From NCBI GenBank assembly GCA_008369845.1, contig MRSU01001119.1, positions 1 through 39,883 of the forward strand: DNA of 39,883 nt, in the 5' to 3' direction. Both the position numbers and the translations under genes were made by a program. The stretch's first letter is position 1. Each line of letters starts with the position of its first letter. The notes below the pieces were generated by a model, which saw only the letters and a list, made by a program, of their open reading frames with translations, searched no databases and was not told where the DNA came from. Origin of the DNA: Trichomonas gallinae (taxonomy: Eukaryota). Below are positions 18,940 through 28,230 of this stretch, piece by piece.

Positions 18940-21900
18940 CTATGACTTCAGCATTCTTTTGATTGACAAGTCTTTGGTTGTCTTTGATTGGTCCTCATTT
19001 GATACAATCTTTGGAGCTTCGATGACTTTCTTCTTTATGACTTTCGGAGATGCGTGGATCTTTGTCGGCGTCTCAACTTCGACTTCTTTATGCTTCTGAG
19101 GTGTTGATGGCGTCGGGTTCAAAAACTGTGGAGTTGTTGACGGTTGTGCAGCAAGTGTCTGTATTGAAGGAATCGTCTGCATAACAGGGACCTGGATCTT
19201 ATTGACTGTGTTGACTTTAACAACAGTTGGCTGCGACGTTTCTCTTGTAGTGTGAATTAATATATTTGGTGTGGGAGGAGTCTCTCTCACTGGGTGAACA
19301 ATAATATTAGGCGTTGCCGGCTGCGCGTGAATCTGAGGTGACTGGCTGACTTGGTGTACTACTGGCGTTGATGGCGCGTGTACAACGACAGGAGTACTTG
19401 GAGCTGCATGCGGTGTTGCCGGAAGAGGAGGCAGCTGGTTGTTGGCCTGTATTGAAGGAAGATGGCTTTGTATAGGAATGGTTGGAACAGGAGGCATTCT
19501 TGAGATCATAGGAATTGAAGCAGGCTGTGGTGGCTGCTGAGCTGGTTGTTGTTGTGGCTGCCTTTGTTGCTGCTGCTGTTGTTGCATAAGCTGTAGTGCT
19601 CTGAGGCTGGCTTCTGGAGAGTCCTGGGCAATACATTTGACATAAAAGTCCCACTTCATCTTTGCCTGTGCGTCTTCTGTTTTAACAGGCTGCGGTAGTG
19701 GTGTTGCTTTTGGTCTGGCCTGTCTTCTTGGCGCTCTTTGTGTTGTCTCTGTCTCCGAGAATTCCCTGAATACGTAGCCTTGGCATTTGTCGGCGTTCTT
19801 CATGTGTTGGATGACGTAAATTGTTTCGGGTGCAGCCAGTCCGTAATAATCAGGTCCTGAAATACTCAACTGTTTCGCGGCATCATTTTCTCTCATCTTC
19901 TGGACGATTTTCAAGATCATTGACCACGGAGACGTTGGCGAGACTCCTTCGAATGAAATCTCCGGATTCTTCTCGTTCGTGACCCTAAACAATGGACCTG
20001 GGCCGCCGTTGTCGATGATTTCGCAGATGTATTTAACTCTTTCGCTCGGATTAATTGTTGACCTGTACTGCTTCGTTATCTTGTAGCCGGCCGGGTAGAT
20101 ATACTTCTCCGTGTGGAATCCTGGCCTGTCATAAACAATCGTGCCGAAAGAAAGGATGCATGACGATGGCGTCAGATTTAACGGCAGCTCTGGCAAACCA
20201 TCTTCATTCAGCCTGATGTTAGGTAACGGCAAAGCGTCTGATGTCGGCGTTGGTCTTCTCTTGACTCTCGCAGCGTCTTGTTCTTTGAGCTGCTCGAGTG
20301 GAGTGTTTTCTATCAAGTCGAGGCAGACCATCAAACGCTTCATGACCCTGATATCGTTTGTCACAAACTGAGGCGGTTTTTCGCCAACAATCGGAACAAA
20401 CTCTTCCTGCTTGAGAATGTCCGCACACTGGCCCCATCCGCGCTCTGATATTGCCTTGAAGAACTTGAACTCTATCTCGTTCGTCCACAAGTTGGGAACA
20501 TTCCTCCACCTTGGCATTGTCTCGAAATATTCTTTGAGTTTTTCATCGCCGTGCTTCAGGAATAACCTTCTTAGTCTTGTCAAGCTTTCAACTCTCTGTT
20601 TGAGCCTGTTTGCCTGTGACTCATCTTCTCCATCCTTTTGTTTGGACTTCTTCTTCGATTTTTCCTCAGATTTCTCTTCGGTTTCAGGTTTCTCGGTTTC
20701 CTCGGTTTTTGCTTTTTCTTCAGTTTCTTCTTCTTTTTCCTTTTCTTCACTTTTCTCTTTTTCTTCGTTTTTCTCTTTGTTTTCAGCATCCTTTCCATCT
20801 AATATCTCCTTTACGTATGCCTCCATCTGCGCGTCTGTCTTCTCCGTGAATCCAGTCATCTCCCTGAATTTGTCCCAGTCGAATTCACCGTCATCTTTCA
20901 GCGGAATTCCCTGGTGCTGGAGCAGGTTGACAACTGAGCTCTTGTCACGCTTCTTCCACGTCATTGGGCCGCGTGCCTTCCTCGCTTTGTAGTTCGGTGC
21001 GTTCTCGTCCAGCTCTCCGTTTATCAGCTTCCTCGTATCCAAAGCGATTCTCTTCAGTCTTGGCGTCAGATTCGCCGTTGAAGGCGGATCAAGAGATTTG
21101 TCTTTCATGAACGTCCACGGGATTTCATTATCATTCAGCATCTTCTCGTAGTTCGCAAAGCCGCATTTATATGTTCCGAAGACGAGGCACTTGTCGTCGT
21201 TCTCAGTCCACCATGGCGCAGGGGGTTGAGTGTGGCATGGAGGGATTGTTATTTCGTCGATGTTGTTGTTCGACGATTTCACTGCTTGAGATACGTAATA
21301 CAAAACTTCCAGGCGCCTGATCCATGACACTGAGTTGTGCTGCAGCTGCTGAACGAACTCATCCTCGTTTATCCTGAGAATCGAGCACATCTCGTTGTCC
21401 CTGTTTACTGCGTCTTCTTCGTTCGTGAATTTTTCGTCGAAAGTTGTCGTCATTGCGTCTTCCATCAATGTCTGGGCTGTCTCCATGTCTGTCTTATCCT
21501 GAGCATGCTGCATGATCTGCCTGAGAAAGGCTCTGGCGGCGAGTTTGACTTCATTCACTGGTTTTGACAAACTTAAAACTGATGCGATTTCCCAGCGGCC
21601 CCATCCGTATCTGAAAAGCAGTTGTTGCAGTCTTTCTCTGTCTCTGTGTGACCAGCTGCCCTTTGGAGGCTCGCCTTCTTCCTCTTCATCTGATTCTTTG
21701 AAATTAACATCGGCTTTCTTGCGGATTCTGACATTTGTGAGGCCTGCATATTCGCCTATTTCCTCTTCTTCGGCCGCCTGAGCGTTTGGAAGAATCTTTT
21801 GCCAAAATTCAGGATCATCGATGTCAATATTCATGTTTTCGTCGACATCGAACTGAGCCTTTGAGAACATTGAGCCTGCTGCTTCATTGATGACCATTGT

Positions 21901-24027
21901 TTTGGACCGAGATAAAATATCTTCGATATTATCTTCACAAAACGTGTCTTCTTCTACATCATTGAGGGCATAATAAGCACCTTTGCGCAATAATGTGTCA
22001 AGTTCTTTCTTTTTCGTCTTATCTAAAATCGCATGGCCTAATCCGAGCTTCTTTGATGAAATTTCGAACATGTTTTGTTCATATGTTCCTTTGGTTATGA
22101 GTCTGTAAACTTTTACTGTTTTTTGCTGGCCAATTCTGTGGCATCTTGCTTGAGCTTGTAAATCATTTTGTGGATTCCAATCACTATCGAAAATAATAAC
22201 TGTATCAGCGGCGTTGAGGTTGATACCGAGGCCACCAGCTCTTGTTGACAAAAGGAAGATGAAGTCATCTGAATCTGGAGCGTTGAAATGGTCAATAAGC
22301 GACTGTCTGACTGATGGCTTGACCTGTCCATCGAGGCGAAGGAACTTGTAGCCAACAGCTGTCAAATAATCTTGAAGAATATCTAATAAATTTGTCATTT
22401 GGCTGAAAATCAAAACTCTGTGGCCATCAGCCTTGAGCTTTGGCAACAGCTTGTCGATAAGAATCATTTTTCCACTTGATCTGATAATCGCATCAATAAC
22501 CTTGTCAGGCTGATTTGCAATTCCCATATCTTCGATGATTTTGTCTTCTGCACCTTTCACGAGGAACGGATGAATGCAAACTTTGCGAAGATCCATTGCA
22601 ATATTTAACAAATTTGTTCCACCAGACAAAAATGTTGAATTTTGCTCGAGAATTGCTCTGTAAAACTGTTTCTGATATTTAGTCATTGTGCATTCGATGA
22701 TTGTTTCTTCTTTTGGTGCGATTGTTTGATCTGTATCAACTTTTAGACGTCTTAAGAGATGCGGCTGTAATCTTACTCGTAATTTTTGAATGTCTTGTGC
22801 GTCCATGTCGTTGCTTAAGTCGGAAAATTCACCTGGATGTAAAAATTCTAATAAAGATTGTAATTCTTCGATTGAGTTCTGCAACGGTGTGCCTGTCAAT
22901 AGCACTCTAAATGATGTCTTTAAATGCTGAATTGCAGATAAAATCTTTGAGTTTTTGTTTTTCAATCGATGAGCTTCATCAACGACGAAAGCTGGGAACT
23001 TAAAGTCCTTCAATTCGTCAATATCTTTGTACAAAACTTCATATGATGTTAAAAATATGTCGAATTTCACTTGTTCTGTATTTGTCTTATAAAATTCGTA
23101 TTCTCTGATTATTTCTCTCGCCTGGCGGTTTCCTGTATACCTGATGCAATACAAATCGGTCCACGACTCTATTTGTCTCTGCCAGTGTGGCAAAGTCGCA
23201 AGAGGCGCAATAACCATATAAGGTCCCGGCAGTTTTTCTACGCTGTGAATTCTTTCAAAAAACGCAACAGCTTGGATTGTTTTGCCGAGACCCATTTCGT
23301 CTGCGAGAATGCAGTTGATATCCGAATACCAATTTTTCAAAAGCCAATTCACGCCTTGCAACTGGTATGGGAATAATTGCAGGCCGTTCTTGAATGTCGG
23401 GTTTTCTTCGATCTGTTTAAATTTCGATTTTGGAGGTTTTACGAATTCCTTTTGTTCAACGTATTTATCATATTTGTAAAATGAGTCAATACGCGATTGG
23501 TCTGTTTCTGTCTCCCACGTACATAAGTTATAATCAAGATTTTTCCACTTCACAAAAAATTCTCGGTGATCATCAACGTCTTTGTAAGCAATTACGCGCT
23601 CTGGCTCGTTGTAGCTCTGATCGTAGTAAGGTTCCGGTGGAGGAATGGGATTTTTCTTGAAGTATCTTTTCCATTGACGATTTGCTTCTGGAAAAGTGAG
23701 GAATTTCGACATTGGAAGCCATTCAGAGTGAATAAAAGCTTTTCCTTTATATTTTACAAAGACCATTTGTTCTGGATTTTCGTTATCTGCATTTTTATAT
23801 CCGAGAATAGTTTCGAAAGGAGATTTCGACGAATTTTCTGTAGAATGCTCATCATCAGAGCTTGTTGGTGGCAGAGATGTTGTTTCCTGGGAAGCTTCAT
23901 CGGAAGGTGAGTCTGGTTCATTTTCAGGTTCTTCTTCCTCGGCGATGTTAATTCGGAAGCTTTCATCATATTCGCTGTCTGTGGAAGAATAGTCATCATG
24001 GCGAATCCTTCCATGGAAGCGCCTCAT
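18940..24027 (-). CDS. CHD-family chromatin remodeler (tandem chromodomains, SNF2 ATPase, SANT/SLIDE-like region) with C-terminal FYRN/FYRC domains and a Q/P-rich tail
   Basis: 1695 aa; FVKYKGKAFIHSEW, FFVKWKNLDYNLCTWE, ILADEMGLGKT, DEAH, LLTGTPLQN, DSDWNPQNDLQAQARCHRIGQ; FYR motifs GFHTEKYIYPAGY and ISGPDYYGL. Confidence 0.95.
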   Translation of the reverse strand: MRRFHGRIRHDDYSSTDSEYDESFRINIAEEEEPENEPDSPSDEASQETTSLPPTSSDDEHSTENSSKSPFETILGYKNADNENPEQMVFVKYKGKAFIHSEWLPMSKFLTFPEANRQWKRYFKKNPIPPPEPYYDQSYNEPERVIAYKDVDDHREFFVKWKNLDYNLCTWETETDQSRIDSFYKYDKYVEQKEFVKPPKSKFKQIEENPTFKNGLQLFPYQLQGVNWLLKNWYSDINCILADEMGLGKTIQAVAFFERIHSVEKLPGPYMVIAPLATLPHWQRQIESWTDLYCIRYTGNRQAREIIREYEFYKTNTEQVKFDIFLTSYEVLYKDIDELKDFKFPAFVVDEAHRLKNKNSKILSAIQHLKTSFRVLLTGTPLQNSIEELQSLLEFLHPGEFSDLSNDMDAQDIQKLRVRLQPHLLRRLKVDTDQTIAPKEETIIECTMTKYQKQFYRAILEQNSTFLSGGTNLLNIAMDLRKVCIHPFLVKGAEDKIIEDMGIANQPDKVIDAIIRSSGKMILIDKLLPKLKADGHRVLIFSQMTNLLDILQDYLTAVGYKFLRLDGQVKPSVRQSLIDHFNAPDSDDFIFLLSTRAGGLGINLNAADTVIIFDSDWNPQNDLQAQARCHRIGQQKTVKVYRLITKGTYEQNMFEISSKKLGLGHAILDKTKKKELDTLLRKGAYYALNDVEEDTFCEDNIEDILSRSKTMVINEAAGSMFSKAQFDVDENMNIDIDDPEFWQKILPNAQAAEEEEIGEYAGLTNVRIRKKADVNFKESDEEEEGEPPKGSWSHRDRERLQQLLFRYGWGRWEIASVLSLSKPVNEVKLAARAFLRQIMQHAQDKTDMETAQTLMEDAMTTTFDEKFTNEEDAVNRDNEMCSILRINEDEFVQQLQHNSVSWIRRLEVLYYVSQAVKSSNNNIDEITIPPCHTQPPAPWWTENDDKCLVFGTYKCGFANYEKMLNDNEIPWTFMKDKSLDPPSTANLTPRLKRIALDTRKLINGELDENAPNYKARKARGPMTWKKRDKSSVVNLLQHQGIPLKDDGEFDWDKFREMTGFTEKTDAQMEAYVKEILDGKDAENKEKNEEKEKSEEKEKEEETEEKAKTEETEKPETEEKSEEKSKKKSKQKDGEDESQANRLKQRVESLTRLRRLFLKHGDEKLKEYFETMPRWRNVPNLWTNEIEFKFFKAISERGWGQCADILKQEEFVPIVGEKPPQFVTNDIRVMKRLMVCLDLIENTPLEQLKEQDAARVKRRPTPTSDALPLPNIRLNEDGLPELPLNLTPSSCILSFGTIVYDRPGFHTEKYIYPAGYKITKQYRSTINPSERVKYICEIIDNGGPGPLFRVTNEKNPEISFEGVSPTSPWSMILKIVQKMRENDAAKQLSISGPDYYGLAAPETIYVIQHMKNADKCQGYVFREFSETETTQRAPRRQARPKATPLPQPVKTEDAQAKMKWDFYVKCIAQDSPEASLRALQLMQQQQQQQRQPQQQPAQQPPQPASIPMISRMPPVPTIPIQSHLPSIQANNQLPPLPATPHAAPSTPVVVHAPSTPVVHQVSQSPQIHAQPATPNIIVHPVRETPPTPNILIHTTRETSQPTVVKVNTVNKIQVPVMQTIPSIQTLAAQPSTTPQFLNPTPSTPQKHKEVEVETPTKIHASPKVIKKKVIEAPKIVSNEDQSKTTKDLSIKRMLKS

Positions 24028-24339
24028 TTTATCTTTTTAATGGTCTTAAAAAAAAATTTAAAATGGCTTCATTTCAAATCAGGAAACATGACATGCAAAA
24101 GTGACAATAATTGTAAAAAGTTTACGTGTCAAATATTTTATATATCAAATTAAATCAACGATCAAAGGCGCTGATCCCCAATTTCTGAGATATGTAAGGA
24201 TTCCACTGGGAAGACTATGTGGCCAAACCTTTGGACGATCTGTGAAATATATTTATGTCAACTATCTCTTGAAAAAATTTAAGAATCGCGATTATCAAGT
24301 GACAGAAAAGAGATTTTTGACGCGTAAAATTGATAAATG

Positions 24340-24697
24340 AGATGTCAAAAAATGACGTTCATTCATCGATTTGATTGCATCAACATTATTCAAATATACA
24401 GTATCGAATATTTGATTGTTGCCATCTTTGTCTTTTCCTTCAGTATTTGTATCATGCTCAATCAACTTTGTGATAGATCCAACTTTGAATTCAAAAATGC
24501 GGTATCAAATAATGGAGTGTAGCTATGACTGTCTTTTACTATAATGTATGCACCAAATACATCTAACTCTGCAGTGATGGTATCAATATAACTCTGCCTT
24601 GCAACATAAGATAATGGAATTTTGTCATTACTATCTTTTGCTGTACTCTTTGAGGTAAGTTTACATTCTTTTTTGTCAAGAATATTAGTTTGAATAC
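24340..24697 (-). pseudogene. Ankyrin-repeat gene fragment (relic)
   Basis: Minus-strand translation AKDSNDKIPLSYVA...FGAYIIVKDSHSYTPLFDTA, then a frameshift to KLIEHDTNTEGKDKDGNNQIFDTV; stop at 24462-24464; no start codon. Confidence 0.75.
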
Positions 24698-24906
24698 TTT
24701 ACGTGTCATTTTTGGTTGTTGAGAAAAAAATTTTTTTTTGGTTGGAACAAATTGATTGATTGTGGAACATTTTTAATTTATCATAAAACGATGAAAACAA
24801 CGATGTATTGGGTTCTCAAAATGTTGACGGTTGGAATTTTCAAAATTTATCTGTGTCATTAGATCTATCATTTTGTGCTAAGTTTAAATTGAGAGAAAGA
24901 TTTCAG

Positions 24907-26874
24907 ATGAATAAATACCTCGAATTTCTCCTCCGCTTGGTGAAGCCAACGGTTAGGATTATACCATATATAATAACGCAGTATTCATGGCTTGGTATTA
25001 TATATCTGCTGTATCCACTTACTTTCAATGCGATATATCCAGATATAAAAACTTCAATTTCACCGATAACACATACAACAAATTGGAAATTAGAAACAGA
25101 TCCACTGATTTTAGCACATTTAACAGATATACATATTAAAGCTGACTGGAATCAACCAGTTGATAATTTCAAAAACGCAAGAGATAAAGTTGTTTACAAT
25201 ATAAAGCCTGATTGGGTTATACTTACTGGTGATCTTTGTGATAACTTCCCAGGAGGCGGATTTCCACGTTATTCTCAACAAGTTACTGAAGAATTTGAAA
25301 TTTACAGGCATGAAACAGAGAATTTCTCAAGATTTAACTTCTTTGATATGGCTGGAAATCATGATGAGATTGGTGTTTGGAGGTTTAATGATAAAGGTCA
25401 CTTATTTATGCAGGGAAAGAACATTACAAAGGATGAATTCCTTGTTTCTAGGAAGAAAGTCACATATAATGGTAAGAATATTTACTTTATCATTGTTAAT
25501 CCATTCGAATGGCCGTCTGCACATTTGAATTTCAATTTTTATCCACATTCAAACAAGAAACTCTTAAATATGATCGAAAAGCAATACGAAGGCATCACAA
25601 AAGACGATATTGTTGTTGTTTATTCGCATTTCCCATTAACTTTTTATGATAATTCGAAATCATCGAAAGGCCGCAAATTCATTGATATGATCCGCAAATC
25701 AGACTTCCCGCAGTATTTTATCAGCGGTCACAACCACCCACCAACTCCATTCATCTTCCATCATGAAGAAAATCTCGAAATTATCGGAACAGACTTGATT
25801 TTCCACAACAGATTCGGAATCATTTCATTCGACCACGACAGATTCGTTTACACAAGCATCGACAACAAGAATTTCACACCTTATGTTATCACTTCCCCAG
25901 TCCCAGAGAAGTTAATTACTAAACATAACCCAGTTGACGAGCAAAAATCATATGTAAGGATTCGCGCCTACACAGAAAAATTACCAAGCATCAGAATAAC
26001 TGGCGCTTTCGAGGCGGACATGGAGTGCAGAAAGGCAAATGATGGAAATGGATATGTTTGCAACGCTCCTTACGACCTCAAAGAAGGCAACCACACGATT
26101 TTCTTCAGTGGTGATTTTAACTCAAATCTTACATTTATTGTCGGCACCAAAACTGTCACTGTGACTGAAGTTGAGCCAAAAGACACGCACTACATGTTCC
26201 ATTACTGGAATCTGCTGATATTGTACATTCCAATTATTATAATGGTGCTTCCAATTCCTATGCCAAAGATCGTCGAGGAGACAGAAGATTGGATCTGCAA
26301 GAAGACTGATGAAGGATACTTCGCATGGAAGCGCTGGCTTATCACTATCCTGCTATTCCCGTTGCTGTTCAAGCAGAGAGTGAACAAGTTAGCTTTGTGG
26401 CTGAGAATTGTTGTTTATTTAGCTGTATTGTGGCCGTGCATTCTTCCTCACACTTTCCTGGAATTTGGCGGACATCCAGGCTTCCTTTGGATGTGGGGAG
26501 CTGTCTCCGACTGGAAGAATGTCTATGATATTCAGGCCCCAATATACTGCACTAACTATATCCTATGGGTTCTATATCCGTGCTTGATTGCTTTAGTCCA
26601 GTCTGGAGTCAACAATGACCTCTTGGGAATCTTTACTTGGGTCGACGGATACTACGCGTATTACTGCATCACGCGTAACATGAACTTCACTACATACCAG
26701 CTCATTATGACTGCTGGTTTCGTGTTAGCAAAATGTTCACTCGGCCAAGTCGTTTTGCCTGTTGTTTGGTGGTCTATTGCCATTTTGTATAAAGTTTACA
26801 AGACAATTTGGCCACCTAAGGAGCCTGAATACAGTTTGGATAGTGCTGAATTGCTATCTACTCCCCCAATTTAG
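24907..26874 (+). CDS. TMEM62-like calcineurin-type metallophosphoesterase with C-terminal TM segments
   Basis: Motifs HLTDIH, LTGDLCD, AGNHD, SHFP and SGHNH; N-terminal hydrophobic anchor and several C-terminal TM helices. First ATG is at 24907; the track start at 24808 is TTG. Confidence 0.85.
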   Translation: MNKYLEFLLRLVKPTVRIIPYIITQYSWLGIIYLLYPLTFNAIYPDIKTSISPITHTTNWKLETDPLILAHLTDIHIKADWNQPVDNFKNARDKVVYNIKPDWVILTGDLCDNFPGGGFPRYSQQVTEEFEIYRHETENFSRFNFFDMAGNHDEIGVWRFNDKGHLFMQGKNITKDEFLVSRKKVTYNGKNIYFIIVNPFEWPSAHLNFNFYPHSNKKLLNMIEKQYEGITKDDIVVVYSHFPLTFYDNSKSSKGRKFIDMIRKSDFPQYFISGHNHPPTPFIFHHEENLEIIGTDLIFHNRFGIISFDHDRFVYTSIDNKNFTPYVITSPVPEKLITKHNPVDEQKSYVRIRAYTEKLPSIRITGAFEADMECRKANDGNGYVCNAPYDLKEGNHTIFFSGDFNSNLTFIVGTKTVTVTEVEPKDTHYMFHYWNLLILYIPIIIMVLPIPMPKIVEETEDWICKKTDEGYFAWKRWLITILLFPLLFKQRVNKLALWLRIVVYLAVLWPCILPHTFLEFGGHPGFLWMWGAVSDWKNVYDIQAPIYCTNYILWVLYPCLIALVQSGVNNDLLGIFTWVDGYYAYYCITRNMNFTTYQLIMTAGFVLAKCSLGQVVLPVVWWSIAILYKVYKTIWPPKEPEYSLDSAELLSTPPI

Positions 26875-26898
26875 TAAAAATGCATTTCTATAACATTA

Positions 26899-27181
26899 TC
26901 TATAGAAGCAACTTATAAAGAAGGTAAGACTGCATTAATAATGGCTGCATTTTAAGAAAGAACTTATTGTCTAATAAAATCATAGATAACAGATCTAATA
27001 TTGAAACAAAAAAAAATGAAGGTAAGACAGCTTTCATTATAGCTGCATTTTTCAGAAAGAACAAAACTCGTTGATTGCAGATCTAATATTGAAGAGAGAG
27101 GGGAAAAAAAATGATGGTAATAAAGCTTTAAATATGGCCTCGAAATAATAACCTTATGTGTTGTCACTTTTGTATGCACGT
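26899..27181 (+). pseudogene. Ankyrin-repeat relic (about 3 decayed repeats)
   Basis: Translations SIEATYKEGKTALIMAAF*, RSNIETKKNEGKTAFIIAAF and NDGNKALNMASK**PYVLSLLYAR; DNA repeats GAAGGTAAGAC at 26920 and 27018 (98 nt apart) and AGATCTAATATTGAA at 26991 and 27079. Confidence 0.75.
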
Positions 27182-27196
27182 TTATTAATTCGGGTT

Positions 27197-28162
27197 TTGT
27201 CAGCGAGAAGTAGTAGCAGGTCATCACCGAGCAAGACAAGCTCACCATCGAGAGAGGGCTCTGGATATTCTTTTATTCCACAACCTCGCGGTGAAATTTC
27301 GACTCCGATCAATCAGATTAACGTGAATCAAAACTACCTTCCAAAATCTGTTACTTTTACATCAAGAAATCGTTTTGTCGAAGGAACAGAGAACATAACA
27401 ACTAAGAATATTACTCCAATTGTCAAATCAAGAAAAATTCTTGTAAATTCATCCGAAAAGTCACCAAATAATTATCCAGAAGACACAGATTCCGGTCTTT
27501 TGATTGGTAGCAAGTTCGAATATTCTCCAATTTCAGAAGACACCCATACAATCTCTAATTTCACGCCAAGAAAGATGAACGATACAAGCGGTTTTGAAAT
27601 GATGCCAGTTTCTGAGCCAAACCCTGAAAGCAAAATATCGGTTGATACAATTATTCCAAAATCGAAGCTCATTTCTGACGAGGAAGAAGAAGAATTAGTG
27701 GAAGAGGAGGATAATACCGAAACTCACTTCAATAACTCAGACAGTGACACTTTTAATGAACATATCTTAACAGGCAGTCTTCAGCAGATATCTGACTTGA
27801 AATCAGATTCTGATCATGATGAGAAGATTGCTGCGCTTGAAGAAGAGAACAAAAAGCTCAAAGAAAACCAAAATGTTTTAATTAGCGTAATTAAAGAACT
27901 AACAACTTCAATCATGTCAGGCTTCGGCTATGAGTCGAATTATAACTATGAGTCTCTTGTAGAAGGCAGAGAAGCCCAGAATTTCGTTGAAGAAATTAAA
28001 TCCGTTCTTTCAGCAGGAATTGCGAGCGCTACTAAAGACTCCCAGAAGCTAGGCGTGTCCACAGATGTTAGACGCTACATGGACCAAATTTCGAGACAAA
28101 TCGAAAATTATCAAAATAATCTGCAGAAACAGCACCAAGAGATCATGGAAGCTCTTAAATAA
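27197..28162 (+). CDS. Ser-rich, acidic hypothetical protein with C-terminal coiled coils; start uncertain
   Basis: Long open frame with coding-like composition and heptads (IAALEEENKKLKENQNVLISVIKEL). No in-frame ATG until ~27575; the start is placed at TTG-TCA-GCG (27197) by inference. Confidence 0.6.
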   Translation: MSARSSSRSSPSKTSSPSREGSGYSFIPQPRGEISTPINQINVNQNYLPKSVTFTSRNRFVEGTENITTKNITPIVKSRKILVNSSEKSPNNYPEDTDSGLLIGSKFEYSPISEDTHTISNFTPRKMNDTSGFEMMPVSEPNPESKISVDTIIPKSKLISDEEEEELVEEEDNTETHFNNSDSDTFNEHILTGSLQQISDLKSDSDHDEKIAALEEENKKLKENQNVLISVIKELTTSIMSGFGYESNYNYESLVEGREAQNFVEEIKSVLSAGIASATKDSQKLGVSTDVRRYMDQISRQIENYQNNLQKQHQEIMEALK

Positions 28163-28230
28163 ATAAAAATTGTTTCATATAAAGCAATAAAAATAACAGA
28201 TTATTTAGAAACAAAAATAATGCCAGATCT

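Noticed and set aside
20411..20992. 193-aa plus-strand ORF and other ORFs nested in long genes
   Set aside because: Antisense or alternate-frame shadows of real CDSs (here the Glu/Lys-rich CHD segment).
24160..24240. Possible structured ncRNA (CAAAGG/CCTTTG and CCCA/TGGG pairing)
   Set aside because: Stems are short, no snRNA or snoRNA boxes are recognisable, and the segment is better explained as an ankyrin relic.
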